DNA of 45,871 nucleotides. It comes from an uncultured Gammaproteobacteria bacterium. Its GTDB lineage: Bacteria; Patescibacteriota; Microgenomatia; Levybacterales; GWA1-39-11. The position numbers and the translations under genes are program-made. Each line of letters opens with the position of its first letter. Within the stretch, counting starts at the first letter, position 1. The stretch covers positions 1-45,871 of the forward strand of contig CAZQIA010000002.1 in the NCBI GenBank assembly GCA_964593215.1. Reading direction: 5' to 3'. Positions 25,825-35,258 of the stretch are shown piece by piece. The notes beneath the pieces are model-generated. The model worked only from the letters and a program-made list of their open reading frames with translations, did not search any database and had not been told where the DNA came from.

Positions 25825-26091
25825 GTGGCATTAAATTCTGACGAAAAGAAAAAAATTATTGGTGAACACGCAACGGTTGATGGAGATACAGGATCTCCTG
25901 AGGTTCAGATTGCACTTTTGTCTCACAAGATTGAAAAGCTCGCAGAACACTTGAAAATTCACCAGAAAGATTCGCACAGCAGACGCGGACTCTTAAACAT
26001 GTTATCTAAAAGAAGAAGGCTCTTTAATTTTTTATTCAAAATGGATAAAAAAAGAGCTACAGGTATAGGTCAAAAATTTGGTCTTAATTAA
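25825..26091 (+). CDS. rpsO: 30S ribosomal protein S15 (GTG start)
   Basis: MALNSDEKKKIIGEH...GDTGSPEVQIALLSHKIEKLAEHLKIHQKDSHSRRGLL. Confidence 0.95.
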   Translation: MALNSDEKKKIIGEHATVDGDTGSPEVQIALLSHKIEKLAEHLKIHQKDSHSRRGLLNMLSKRRRLFNFLFKMDKKRATGIGQKFGLN

Positions 26092-26145
26092 TTCCTCAGA
26101 AATTTATATAATTAAAACATACCACGAAATTGACCACAGAAAGAA

Positions 26146-28464
26146 ATGAAAGCAATTAAAAAATCAGCAGAGATTAACGGAAGAGTGATTACCCTTGAAA
26201 CGGGAGTTTTAGCTCAGCAAGCAACATCAGCGGTTCTAGGACGTATGGGGGATACCATGGTTTTAGCAACCATAGTTATGGGTGCAAACGACACCTCTTT
26301 AGATTATTTTCCATTAAGCGTTGAATATGTTGAAAGACTTTATGCCGGAGGAAGAATAAAGGGAAGCAGATGGGTTAAGCGTGAGGGAAGACCATCAGAC
26401 GATGCCGTTTTAACTGCTCGTCTTATAGACAGATCCATTAGACCTCTATTTCCTAAAGAACTTAAAAAAGACGTTCAGGTGGTAGTAACTGTTTTGTCAG
26501 TTGACGGAGAACATGACCCGGATGTTTTATCTATTGTTACTGTTTCAGCTGCACTTGCTATATCAAAGATCCCATGGAATGGGCCAATTGGTGCTTCCCG
26601 CGTTGGATTACTTCGCGAAAACGGAAACGAAGAATTAGTTATAAACCCTCATGTAACTGAGTATCCATTTTCTGATTTAGACCTAGTAGTTTCATCTCTA
26701 AATAATAAGTCCGTTATGATAGAGGCTGGAGCAAGACAGGTGGAAGAGAAATATGTTTCTGATGGAATTAAAAAAGCAAAAGAGTTTAACGCACAGGTTA
26801 TAGATTTTATTAATGAACTCGTAAAAGAAGTTGGAGAGAAAAAAATTACAGTTGAAAAAGATGAAAAGCTTGAAGAGGTGAAGCTTTTAGTTGAAAAATC
26901 ATACAAGGATAAAATGCACACGCTTATTGCAAATGGAGTTAATAAAGAAGTGGGTGGGGAATTAGGAAAAATAGTGGATGAGATTTATGAGATTGAAAAA
27001 GAAACAATAGATGATAAGAAGAAAATTGCAGCAGCAGTAGACTACATCTTTAAGAAGACAATTAGAGAAATGATTGTTTTAGAGTCAAAAAGACCAGATG
27101 GACGCGGGATAAAAGAGATTAGAAAAATTTCAGCTCAGGTTGGAATCTTACCTAGAACTCACGGTTCAGCAGTTTTTTCACGTGGAGAATCCCAGTCATT
27201 ATCTGTTGCAACATTAGGATCTTCTTCAATGGAGCAACTTATTGAAGGACCAGAAGGAGAAGAAACAAAGCGCTACATGCACCACTACTCAATGCCTCCA
27301 TATTCTGTAGGAGAAACTGGGAGAATGGGAACTCCAAACAGACGTGAAATTGGGCACGGAGCACTTGCTGAAAGAGCACTTTTTGCTGTTATTCCTGATG
27401 AGTCTAAATTTCCGTATGCAATAAGAGTGGTTTCAGAAATCATGTCTTCAAACGGTTCCACGTCTCAAGCGGCAATCTGCGGATCCACACTTTCCTTAAT
27501 GGATGCAGGAGTGCCATTAGAAGCGCCTGTTGCGGGAATTGCTATTGGGCTTATGACACTAAATGATAAGTCTATAGTTCTTACAGATATCATAGGCCTT
27601 GAAGATTTTTCAGGAGATATGGATTTTAAAGTAGCAGGAACAGAAAAAGGAATAACAGCCATTCAAATGGATACAAAAATAGCAGGCCTTTCTGATGAAG
27701 TTGTTGAAGAAACTTTAGCAGATGCACGTAAAGCTCGTCTTGAAGTTTTGAAGGTTATGCTTTCAGTTATTCCGGAATCCCGTAAAGATGTTTCTAAATA
27801 TGCTCCTAAGATTAAGACTGTTAAGATTAATCCTGAAAAAATTGGAGAAGTTATTGGATCAGGCGGAAAAACCATTAGAAATATTTCAGCAACAACTGGT
27901 GCAACGGTAGACGTAGAGGAGGATGGAACAGTTTCAGTAGCTGCTGTTGATGAAGAAGCAGTAGAGAAAGCAGCACATTGGATTGATCTTATAACCCGCG
28001 AGCTTACTCCGGGAGAAATATTTGAAGGAAAAGTAAAAAGAATTGTTGGGTTTGGTGCTTTTGTTGAGATAGTTCCTGGAAAAGAAGGTTTAGTCCATGT
28101 TTCCGAAATGTCACCTGAGTACGTTTCTAATCCTGAAGATGTTGTAAAAATGGGACAGGAAGTAAAGGTAAGAGTTAAGGAAGTAGACGAACACGGAAGA
28201 ATTAATCTTTCTATGCTTTTTGGAGAAGATGCAGAGAAGAAAAAGGAAAATGGCGGAGGGGATCGTGGTGGAGATAGAGGATCTAGGGACGACCGTCCAA
28301 GAGGAGAAGTAAGAGAAAGAAGAAGTTTTGGTCATGGTGGAAGATCTGGTGGGCATCGCTCACAAGGTGGAGGAGGATCCCGTTCTAGATCTGATCAAGG
28401 ACAGGGTGGAATCAGAAATGAGTTTGGAAGTTCTTACTCCGGTAATAGAAGACCCCGAAGATAA
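26146..28464 (+). CDS. pnp: Polynucleotide phosphorylase with a ~75-aa RGG/RS-rich C-terminal tail
   Basis: Two RNase PH domains, a KH domain (GSGGKTIRNI) and an S1 domain (GKVKRIVGFGAFVEI). The tail GGGDRGGDRGSRDDRPRG...GGRSGGHRSQGGGGSRSRS is encoded at ~28221-28461. Confidence 0.95.
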   Translation: MKAIKKSAEINGRVITLETGVLAQQATSAVLGRMGDTMVLATIVMGANDTSLDYFPLSVEYVERLYAGGRIKGSRWVKREGRPSDDAVLTARLIDRSIRPLFPKELKKDVQVVVTVLSVDGEHDPDVLSIVTVSAALAISKIPWNGPIGASRVGLLRENGNEELVINPHVTEYPFSDLDLVVSSLNNKSVMIEAGARQVEEKYVSDGIKKAKEFNAQVIDFINELVKEVGEKKITVEKDEKLEEVKLLVEKSYKDKMHTLIANGVNKEVGGELGKIVDEIYEIEKETIDDKKKIAAAVDYIFKKTIREMIVLESKRPDGRGIKEIRKISAQVGILPRTHGSAVFSRGESQSLSVATLGSSSMEQLIEGPEGEETKRYMHHYSMPPYSVGETGRMGTPNRREIGHGALAERALFAVIPDESKFPYAIRVVSEIMSSNGSTSQAAICGSTLSLMDAGVPLEAPVAGIAIGLMTLNDKSIVLTDIIGLEDFSGDMDFKVAGTEKGITAIQMDTKIAGLSDEVVEETLADARKARLEVLKVMLSVIPESRKDVSKYAPKIKTVKINPEKIGEVIGSGGKTIRNISATTGATVDVEEDGTVSVAAVDEEAVEKAAHWIDLITRELTPGEIFEGKVKRIVGFGAFVEIVPGKEGLVHVSEMSPEYVSNPEDVVKMGQEVKVRVKEVDEHGRINLSMLFGEDAEKKKENGGGDRGGDRGSRDDRPRGEVRERRSFGHGGRSGGHRSQGGGGSRSRSDQGQGGIRNEFGSSYSGNRRPRR

Positions 28465-28515
28465 ACAAAAGTTTGCGGTGCTCGTTTCACTGCGCTTCTA
28501 AATCTTTAGATTGTA

Positions 28516-28544
28516 TTGTTCAGCTTTTCAAATAATGCTACACT
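28516..28544 (+). promoter_or_regulatory. Promoter TTGTTC-17-(TGc)TACACT for the Lon-like gene
   Basis: aTTGTTCagcttttcaaataatgcTACACTgg. The ~60-nt leader contains a nested hairpin ATGGGC...CGTC...GACG...GCCCAT (28554-28603). Confidence 0.4.
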
Positions 28545-28613
28545 GGATACATTATGGGCGAACTGTTCGTCTGTATTTAATATGGACGGAGCGTACTGCC
28601 CATTCGTAAACTT

Positions 28614-29846
28614 ATGGATAAAGGATATCCGTTAAATCAAAACACAAATAAAGCAACTATGCCTCAAGGAGGAAATCCTAACGCAGCCTTAGACAGTAGA
28701 GTTTCTTTGTTGTCCAATAATACGTATATAAATAACTCGCCCGTTGCAGGTAATGAGTCGGCTCATCCAAATACTATTACGGCGGCTCTTTCAAGTAGTA
28801 CGCCGCAAATTGCAAAACTTGAGAATGTGCTTTCAGCAGCACAGATTCCTCAAGACCTGCATGAAAAAGCAGCTGCTATGATAGAACGTTTGAAGCTTAT
28901 CCAGCATCAGGAAAGCTTCTTTATGGAGCTAGATCACATTGGGCGGTATATAGAATGGATTACTTCTCTTCCCTGGATGACTCAATCTAAAGACGTTTTG
29001 GATCTAAATCACGCAAGGCAGGTTTTAGATAAAAATCATTATGGCTTAACACAGGTAAAAGAGCAGATTTTACAATATCTTTCTGTCATGATATTAAAGT
29101 CTCAGCAAGGAGGAACAGATCATTTCTCAAGAGCTCCTATTATTTCTCTTGTGGGGCTTGCGGGAGTAGGAAAAACTACCATAGCATATTCAATTGCCGA
29201 AACGTTAGGTAGAAAAATTGTCAGGATTCCATTTGGAGGTATGGGCGCTGCGTCCATTTTAAGAGGAGAATCCAGATTTTCTCCGGATGCAGAGCCAGGA
29301 GCTGTTATAAAATCCTTAAGACGTGCAGGAACAAATAATCCCGTCATTCTACTGGACGAAATTGACCGCGTTTCAGCTGAAGCCAGAGGAGACGTGATGG
29401 GGGTTTTAGTAGAGCTTTTAGATCCGGAACAAAATAAAGCATTTACGGATCATTTTGTAGATTACCCTTTTAACTTAGGAAATGTTTTATTTGTTGCAAC
29501 AAGTAATAACACGAAAGATATTTCAACAGCAGTTTTAGATAGACTTGAGGTGATACAAATGCCGTCTTATTCTGATCAAGAAAAAATAGTAATTGCAAAA
29601 ACATATTTGCTTCCAAAAGTACTGGATGAGTCCGGATTTAAAAAAACTGATATTACCGTTCCGGACAATGTATGGGCTGAGGTTGTGCGTCCTTTAGGAT
29701 TTGATCCTGGAATAAGAAGCTTGCAAAGAACAGTTCAGGATTTAGTAAGAAAGGTGGCATTGTTCCAGCTTGATGGAAAGCTACCAAAGGGTCAGCCGTT
29801 TATTTTGTCAGATCAAAACTTACGGCAATTTATACCACAGTGGTAA
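28614..29846 (+). CDS. Lon-type AAA+ ATPase module without LON N-domain and without protease domain
   Basis: YIEWITSLPW...LDKNHYGLTQVKEQILQYLSV...GLAGVGKTT...ILLDEIDR...LLDPEQNKAFTDHF...LDRLEVIQM...IRSLQRTV is collinear with the Lon A ATPase core. The ORF stops right after it, and rnj starts 32 nt later. Confidence 0.7.
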   Translation: MDKGYPLNQNTNKATMPQGGNPNAALDSRVSLLSNNTYINNSPVAGNESAHPNTITAALSSSTPQIAKLENVLSAAQIPQDLHEKAAAMIERLKLIQHQESFFMELDHIGRYIEWITSLPWMTQSKDVLDLNHARQVLDKNHYGLTQVKEQILQYLSVMILKSQQGGTDHFSRAPIISLVGLAGVGKTTIAYSIAETLGRKIVRIPFGGMGAASILRGESRFSPDAEPGAVIKSLRRAGTNNPVILLDEIDRVSAEARGDVMGVLVELLDPEQNKAFTDHFVDYPFNLGNVLFVATSNNTKDISTAVLDRLEVIQMPSYSDQEKIVIAKTYLLPKVLDESGFKKTDITVPDNVWAEVVRPLGFDPGIRSLQRTVQDLVRKVALFQLDGKLPKGQPFILSDQNLRQFIPQW

Positions 29847-29878
29847 ATAAATATTTAGAATAGAAAGGAGATTAAAAA

Positions 29879-31537
29879 ATGGATCAATTAACTTTTATAT
29901 CAATAGGTGGAATAGGGGAGGTTACAAGAAACCTTTATGCCTATATTTATGGAGATGAAATTCTTTTGGTTGACTGTGGGATAGGGTTTGCAGAAAGCAA
30001 TCTTCCCGGAGTTGACCTTATGATTCCAGACATTACGTATATCAAAAATGCTCTCAAAAACGGGAAAAGAATTGTTGGAATGGTTTTGTCTCATGGACAC
30101 GAAGATCATATTGGAGCGCTTCCCTTTATTCTTCCGCAGCTTCCTCAGATTCCAATTTATGGCTCTACATTAACGGCAGCTCTTGCAAACGATAAGCTTT
30201 CCGAATTTGGTCTTTCTAAATCTGTTTCCACCGTGCAATTTTCTGATCCGCCATTAAAATTAGGGTCTTTTACCTGTACTTTTATAAGAATGACGCATTC
30301 TATTATTGATGCAGCAAACATCTTAATACAAACTCCTGTGGGTTCTTTTTTTTTTTTTTCGTATTTTAAGTTTGATTTTACGCCGTTTGACGAAAAACCA
30401 TCAGAGCTTCAGAAAATTGCAAAAGCAGGAGAAGAAGGGATTTTATGTCTTATGTCTGATGCGTTAGGCGCAGAGAGGCGCGGACATTCATCCTCTGAGA
30501 AAAAAATTAAAGAAGCATTTGAAGATGCCTTTAGAAAAACCAAAGGAAAAGTATTTTTAACTACTTATTCCTCCAATATTTCCAGGCTTAATCAGGCTAT
30601 TGAAGTTGCCATATCTCAAGGAAGACGTATCTGTTTTATGGGTCGTTCTCTTCTAAAATCCAGAGACATAGGAAGAACTTTAAATTACATGAAATTTCCT
30701 AAGAAGTTTGAGATAAACCCGCATGAAGTAAAAAACTTTAAGCCTTCAGAGGTGTTAATCTTAGTTGCGGGTTCTCAAGCCCAGGAAAGTTCCGCTCTTA
30801 CTAGAATTGCAAATAATGACGACAGGGATCTATTTATAGAACGCGGAGACTCAGTTATATTTTCTTCAGACCCTATTCCTGGTAATGAAGAGAACATATA
30901 TTCACTCATAGATTTATTGACGCGTAGAGGAGCGCATGTTATTTATTCGGATATTACCTCAGAATTTCATGTTTCAGGACACGGTTCTGAAAATGATTTA
31001 AAACTTCTTATCTCATTAACTAAGCCTAAATACTTTGTGCCTATTTCAGCTACCTACAGACAAATGAGTGCGTACAGAAACATAGTTTCTTCCATGAGCT
31101 ACCCCGAGGGAAACGTATTTTTGCTTGAAGGTAATCAGGAGTTGGTGTTTAGTAAAACCGGCGCACGTTATGGTAAAAAGTATCCTGCCTCAAGTATTTT
31201 CTTAGACCAGGTGACAGGGGAGGAAGTGGAGAATTATGTTGTTGTGGATAGAGTGAGAATTGCAAAAGAAGGAGTTATGGTAATTATGCTGGAAATGACA
31301 AAAAGTAATGGTCAGATAGAAGGACTTCCGGATATTTTAACGAAGGGTTTTTCATATGAAAAAAAAGAGGAATTTGCAAAGCAACTTTTTAATAACTTAT
31401 CAAAACGTTTTATGAATAAAAAAGACCCCATTACAAATGTTTCTTACTATAGAAAAACTGTTGAAAAAGCTGCCGAGGAAATTTTATACAGAGAAGGAAA
31501 ATCTCCGCTTGTGGTTCCTGTAATTATTGAGGTTTAA
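29879..31537 (+). CDS. rnj: Ribonuclease J (metallo-beta-lactamase / beta-CASP)
   Basis: GGAG SD. HGHEDHIGALPF, RMTHS, ...YFKFDFTP, HVSGHGS. The TGD motif is replaced (see findings). Confidence 0.85.
   Translation: MDQLTFISIGGIGEVTRNLYAYIYGDEILLVDCGIGFAESNLPGVDLMIPDITYIKNALKNGKRIVGMVLSHGHEDHIGALPFILPQLPQIPIYGSTLTAALANDKLSEFGLSKSVSTVQFSDPPLKLGSFTCTFIRMTHSIIDAANILIQTPVGSFFFFSYFKFDFTPFDEKPSELQKIAKAGEEGILCLMSDALGAERRGHSSSEKKIKEAFEDAFRKTKGKVFLTTYSSNISRLNQAIEVAISQGRRICFMGRSLLKSRDIGRTLNYMKFPKKFEINPHEVKNFKPSEVLILVAGSQAQESSALTRIANNDDRDLFIERGDSVIFSSDPIPGNEENIYSLIDLLTRRGAHVIYSDITSEFHVSGHGSENDLKLLISLTKPKYFVPISATYRQMSAYRNIVSSMSYPEGNVFLLEGNQELVFSKTGARYGKKYPASSIFLDQVTGEEVENYVVVDRVRIAKEGVMVIMLEMTKSNGQIEGLPDILTKGFSYEKKEEFAKQLFNNLSKRFMNKKDPITNVSYYRKTVEKAAEEILYREGKSPLVVPVIIEV
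30346..30359 (+). repeat. T14 homopolymer inside the rnj coding sequence
   Basis: ggttc + 14 T + cg, counted directly. It translates as S-F-F-F-F-S. Confidence 0.95.
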
Positions 31538-31538
31538 C

Positions 31539-32897
31539 ATGCTAAATGAGAAGGTTTTTAAAAACAGATCTGTAGTAGTGTACCTTTCATATGCACCTGC
31601 TGGATTTGGACATTTACGGGTTGCGGATGCTTTGTATCACGGTCTTCCTGAATATGTAACCCCTGTTTTATTAGGGACTCATGATTATTCCATTACGTTT
31701 TTACATAGGATTTCCAGTATTCATAGAGTTTTTAGAGCAATTTTTTTATGGTCTCAAAATGGAGCACCTGAGCGTTTATTTACCTTTTTCTACAGAAGGT
31801 ATCTTCATAGAACTGCAGGAACAGTAAAACGCCAAATAATTACCAGTATTCATCAGAGAATTGATCCGGTTGAAACTGTAGTGATAGTTGCAACACATTT
31901 TGGAATTGCCCATCAAGTTTCAGTGGTGAAAAAAGATATAGAAAAAAAACTGGGAGTAAAAATATTTCTGATAGTTCAGGTAACAGATGATAGTCCTCAG
32001 CTTTTATGGTATGTTCATCATGCAGATTTAATTTTTTGCCCTAGTGAACAAACAGCCGAAGCTCTTGCTGATTATGGAGGAAGACAGGCAAAAAACAAAA
32101 TGGCCGTAACTCCATACCCCCTCTCCCCTTATTTGGGGAGGAAATTAAAGGAAGCAGAATTTAAGGATAGAATAAGCCAAGTTCAATTTACGCACACAAG
32201 AGATATTCACATGGCAATTCCTTTGTCAGGTGCCGCAGTAGGAACTGAAACACTGAAAAATCTTATGTACTATCTTCACGAAGAAAACAAGCGTTTTTTC
32301 TTTCATGTAGTAGTTCAGACGGCTCCATACACAGCGCTTTTTTTGCAAAAAATAAAAAATCTTCCATACATAAAGTTGTACACCTCTATTCAAGATAAAG
32401 TAGTTATAAATTCTTATGAGCAGATGTATATGGATGAGGTAATTTCTTTAGAAATTACAAAGCCGTCTGAGCAAGCGTTTAAAGCTCTTTACTATCCTTA
32501 TCAAAGAGGAGGGTCTATCTTATTATTTACTCCGCCAGTGGGAAGGCAAGAATTTGATAATTTAGATTTTTTACGCCGTCATCATCTTATTCCGTCCGCT
32601 GCTGAAACCGCTGCTTTATGGGAGATGTCTCAGGAGGAAAACTCTGAAACTTCAGGAATAAAAGGTGCTTTTGAACACATGTATAACAAATGGAGAGGAA
32701 TAGTCTTACCTGAAGACAGTAAGAAAGCGGCAGATTTTATTCTATGGTGTCTAAAAGAAGGGGTATTTTATAAGATGATGAGGCATGAAAAACCGGCACA
32801 ATTATTGCCTCATACCCCGCATGAAATTTCTTCAGATGGGGTAAAGGATTTCTGGGAAAAAGTCTCAGAATTTGTGGCTAAAAGGATAGAAAAATGA
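31539..32897 (+). CDS. GT-B glycosyltransferase resembling MGDG synthase/UgtP (GT28-like)
   Basis: VVYLSYAPAGFGHLRVADAL, IVQVTDDSPQLLWYVHHADLIFCPSE and VTPYPLSPY follow the MGDG_synth pattern. The ATG at 31539 with GAGG 6 nt upstream is preferred over the TTG at 31527 in the ORF track. Confidence 0.45.
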   Translation: MLNEKVFKNRSVVVYLSYAPAGFGHLRVADALYHGLPEYVTPVLLGTHDYSITFLHRISSIHRVFRAIFLWSQNGAPERLFTFFYRRYLHRTAGTVKRQIITSIHQRIDPVETVVIVATHFGIAHQVSVVKKDIEKKLGVKIFLIVQVTDDSPQLLWYVHHADLIFCPSEQTAEALADYGGRQAKNKMAVTPYPLSPYLGRKLKEAEFKDRISQVQFTHTRDIHMAIPLSGAAVGTETLKNLMYYLHEENKRFFFHVVVQTAPYTALFLQKIKNLPYIKLYTSIQDKVVINSYEQMYMDEVISLEITKPSEQAFKALYYPYQRGGSILLFTPPVGRQEFDNLDFLRRHHLIPSAAETAALWEMSQEENSETSGIKGAFEHMYNKWRGIVLPEDSKKAADFILWCLKEGVFYKMMRHEKPAQLLPHTPHEISSDGVKDFWEKVSEFVAKRIEK

Positions 32898-32928
32898 GCC
32901 TGCGTTGATTTAAAAATATCCCATAGTC

Positions 32929-32957
32929 TTGACATGCTGTGTTTTTTGTGCTACAGT
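32929..32957 (+). promoter_or_regulatory. Promoter TTGACA-17-(TGc)TACAGT upstream of ftsK
   Basis: cTTGACAtgctgtgttttttgtgcTACAGTatt. This gives a ~85-nt leader. A second, leaderless-type TATACT (33035-33040) lies 8 nt before the ATG. Confidence 0.5.
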
Positions 32958-33048
32958 ATTACCACTTCTTACTTATGCTCAATTTTATTACTGAACTAAT
33001 TTTAGAGAATATTGAGTATAGCCTCAATAGTTAGTATACTGTTCTGAT

Positions 33049-35217
33049 ATGCCAAGAAAAAGAAAGTACAAGAAAAGAGCAAAGAAAAGATCTTCACTGG
33101 GACTCTCATCTGGCGCAATTATCACGCTTTTTTCATTAAGTCTTCTGGTTTCCTCAGGAGTTTTATTTTTTTCGTTTGCTCAAAGCGGAGATACCCTTAC
33201 AGAGGTTAACAGATATTTGTTAGGATATTTTGGAATTCTTGCACTGGGAGCACCTATTAGTTTATTTCTTCTTGCCTTATTCTTTAGCAGAATAAAGCTT
33301 CCCATCACACGTCCAAATTTCTCAATAGGTTTTCTGGTTTTTTATGTGGGACTTCTAGGAATACTAAAATCAGGAGTTGTAGGCCAAGAACTTTTTCTTC
33401 AGTTGGCAAGCCTTTTGGGAACAGCGCTTTCCTATATTATTTTTATCTCTTCAGTAATTTTGGGAATAATAGTTTTTTTCAATATCTCCATCCCTGACTT
33501 TTTCAATTTTGTATTAAAGCTTGTTATGGGGGTATTCATAAGTCTTCCGGAAAAAATTGCACCTCTTTTAAAAAGTAGAAAATCACAGGAACTTTCTAAT
33601 ATGAAAGAAATAACCATAAAAGGAATGAAAGAGCAAAGAGAATTGCCCTCACCTGTATCTCCGGTGGTAGCTTCCACGGCTCCAAAACAGATCCCCAAAA
33701 AAGAAGGATCTTCTGGCAGTGATGAATTAATATTAAATAAACCATTGGAGTTAGGCATGTGGGAATATCCGCCTGTTTCACTTCTTACTGACCACCATAG
33801 CAAGGCAGAGCGGGGAGATGTTAAAAAAACTGCGGCTCTTATAGAAAAAACACTTCAGAGTTTTGGGGTTCAATCAAGAGTTGCAGAGATAAATGTAGGC
33901 CCATCCGTTACCCAGTATGCAATTGAAATTGCGTTAGGAACTAAGCTTTCTAAAATTACTGGGCTTGCAAATGATTTAGCGCTTGCAACAGAGGCTCCTA
34001 CAGGACAAGTTAGAATTGAAGCTCCTATTCCTGGACGTAATTTAGTAGGAATTGAAATACCTAATAGGTCTTTAGAATTAGTTTCGTTAAAAACCATGCT
34101 TTCTTCTTCTCAAATCCAAAAAGCAAAGTCCAAACTTACCGTTCCTCTCGGACTTGATGTTTCCGGGGTTCCGGTTGTAGCGGATATTGCAAAAATGCCT
34201 CACGTTTTAATAGCTGGAACTACAGGTTCTGGAAAATCAGTGCTAATTAACGCTTGGGTTTCATCCCTTCTTTTTAGAGCGTCTCCTTCTGAAGTAAAAT
34301 TTATCATGATTGATCCTAAAAGAGTGGAGCTGACCGGGTACAATAACATTCCTCATCTTCTTGTTCCTGTAGTTGTTGAGGCTGCGCAGTCTGTTTCTGC
34401 ACTTAAATGGGCAGTAAAAGAGATGGATAGACGTTATATAAAATTTGCAGAAAGCGGGGTAAAAAATATAGATTCGTATAATGAACTCGCAGGATTTCAA
34501 GCTATTCCTTACATAGTAATTTTCATAGACGAACTTGCAGACCTTATGGCGTTGGCACCAGTTGAGGTAGAGGATTCTATTGCGCGTTTAGCACAGATGG
34601 CGCGTGCTACAGGAATACATTTAATCCTGTCAACCCAGCGTCCATCAGTAGATGTTCTAACAGGGCTTATTAAGGCAAATGTTCCAACCCGTCTTTCCTT
34701 TTCCGTGTCCTCAATGATAGACTCAAAAGTTATCATAGATACGCCGGGAGCAGAAAAACTTTTAGGACGAGGAGACATGTTGTATATTCCACCAGATCAA
34801 GCAAAACCCATGCGTATTCAGGGAGCATTTGTTTCAGAGCAGGATGTTAAAAGGCTTACAAACTTTATTAAGTCTAGGGGTGTTCCGGTGGAGTATACTA
34901 CTGAGGTAGTTGAGCAACAGGTAAATCTTAAAGGAGGAAGAGGTGGGGGAGGAGTTCAGGCAACAATGGAAGATGGTGGTTCCGGAAAGGATGAATTTTT
35001 TGAGCAGGCAGTTCGTTTAGTATGTCAATATAACAGAGCATCTTCTTCAATGCTTCAGAGACGTCTTCAGGTGGGGTTTAATCGAGCTGCCAGAATTCTT
35101 GAGCAGCTTGAGGAGGCAGGAGTTGTAGGTCCAGGTGATGGATCTAAGCCTAGAGAAGTGTTAGTAACTGACCCTGATACATTTTTAGCAAATATGGGTA
35201 GTGCTGATGCAAGCTAA
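33049..35217 (+). CDS. ftsK: DNA translocase FtsK/SpoIIIE
   Basis: N-terminal TM segments, Walker A GTTGSGKS, Walker B VIFIDELAD, and a gamma winged helix MLQRRLQVGFNRAARILEQLEEAGVVG. Confidence 0.9.
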   Translation: MPRKRKYKKRAKKRSSLGLSSGAIITLFSLSLLVSSGVLFFSFAQSGDTLTEVNRYLLGYFGILALGAPISLFLLALFFSRIKLPITRPNFSIGFLVFYVGLLGILKSGVVGQELFLQLASLLGTALSYIIFISSVILGIIVFFNISIPDFFNFVLKLVMGVFISLPEKIAPLLKSRKSQELSNMKEITIKGMKEQRELPSPVSPVVASTAPKQIPKKEGSSGSDELILNKPLELGMWEYPPVSLLTDHHSKAERGDVKKTAALIEKTLQSFGVQSRVAEINVGPSVTQYAIEIALGTKLSKITGLANDLALATEAPTGQVRIEAPIPGRNLVGIEIPNRSLELVSLKTMLSSSQIQKAKSKLTVPLGLDVSGVPVVADIAKMPHVLIAGTTGSGKSVLINAWVSSLLFRASPSEVKFIMIDPKRVELTGYNNIPHLLVPVVVEAAQSVSALKWAVKEMDRRYIKFAESGVKNIDSYNELAGFQAIPYIVIFIDELADLMALAPVEVEDSIARLAQMARATGIHLILSTQRPSVDVLTGLIKANVPTRLSFSVSSMIDSKVIIDTPGAEKLLGRGDMLYIPPDQAKPMRIQGAFVSEQDVKRLTNFIKSRGVPVEYTTEVVEQQVNLKGGRGGGGVQATMEDGGSGKDEFFEQAVRLVCQYNRASSSMLQRRLQVGFNRAARILEQLEEAGVVGPGDGSKPREVLVTDPDTFLANMGSADAS

Positions 35218-35258
35218 ATACTTCGAAGTGCTCCTAATTAATCATACTAATTAAAGTT

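Noticed and set aside
28475-28493. Hairpin GCGGTG-N7-CACTGC just after the pnp stop, as an intrinsic terminator.
   Set aside because: The stem is only 6 bp including a G-T wobble, and the downstream sequence (gcttctaaatcttt) is a poor U-tract. It is possibly a weak terminator or processing site, but not supportable from sequence alone.
32898-32915. GCCTGCGTTGA after the GT28-like stop resembles the 5' arm of the bipartite element (CCCTGCGTTGA).
   Set aside because: Only a ~10-nt match. There is no complementary CACAGGG arm and no second hairpin, so it is likely coincidental or at most a decayed fragment.
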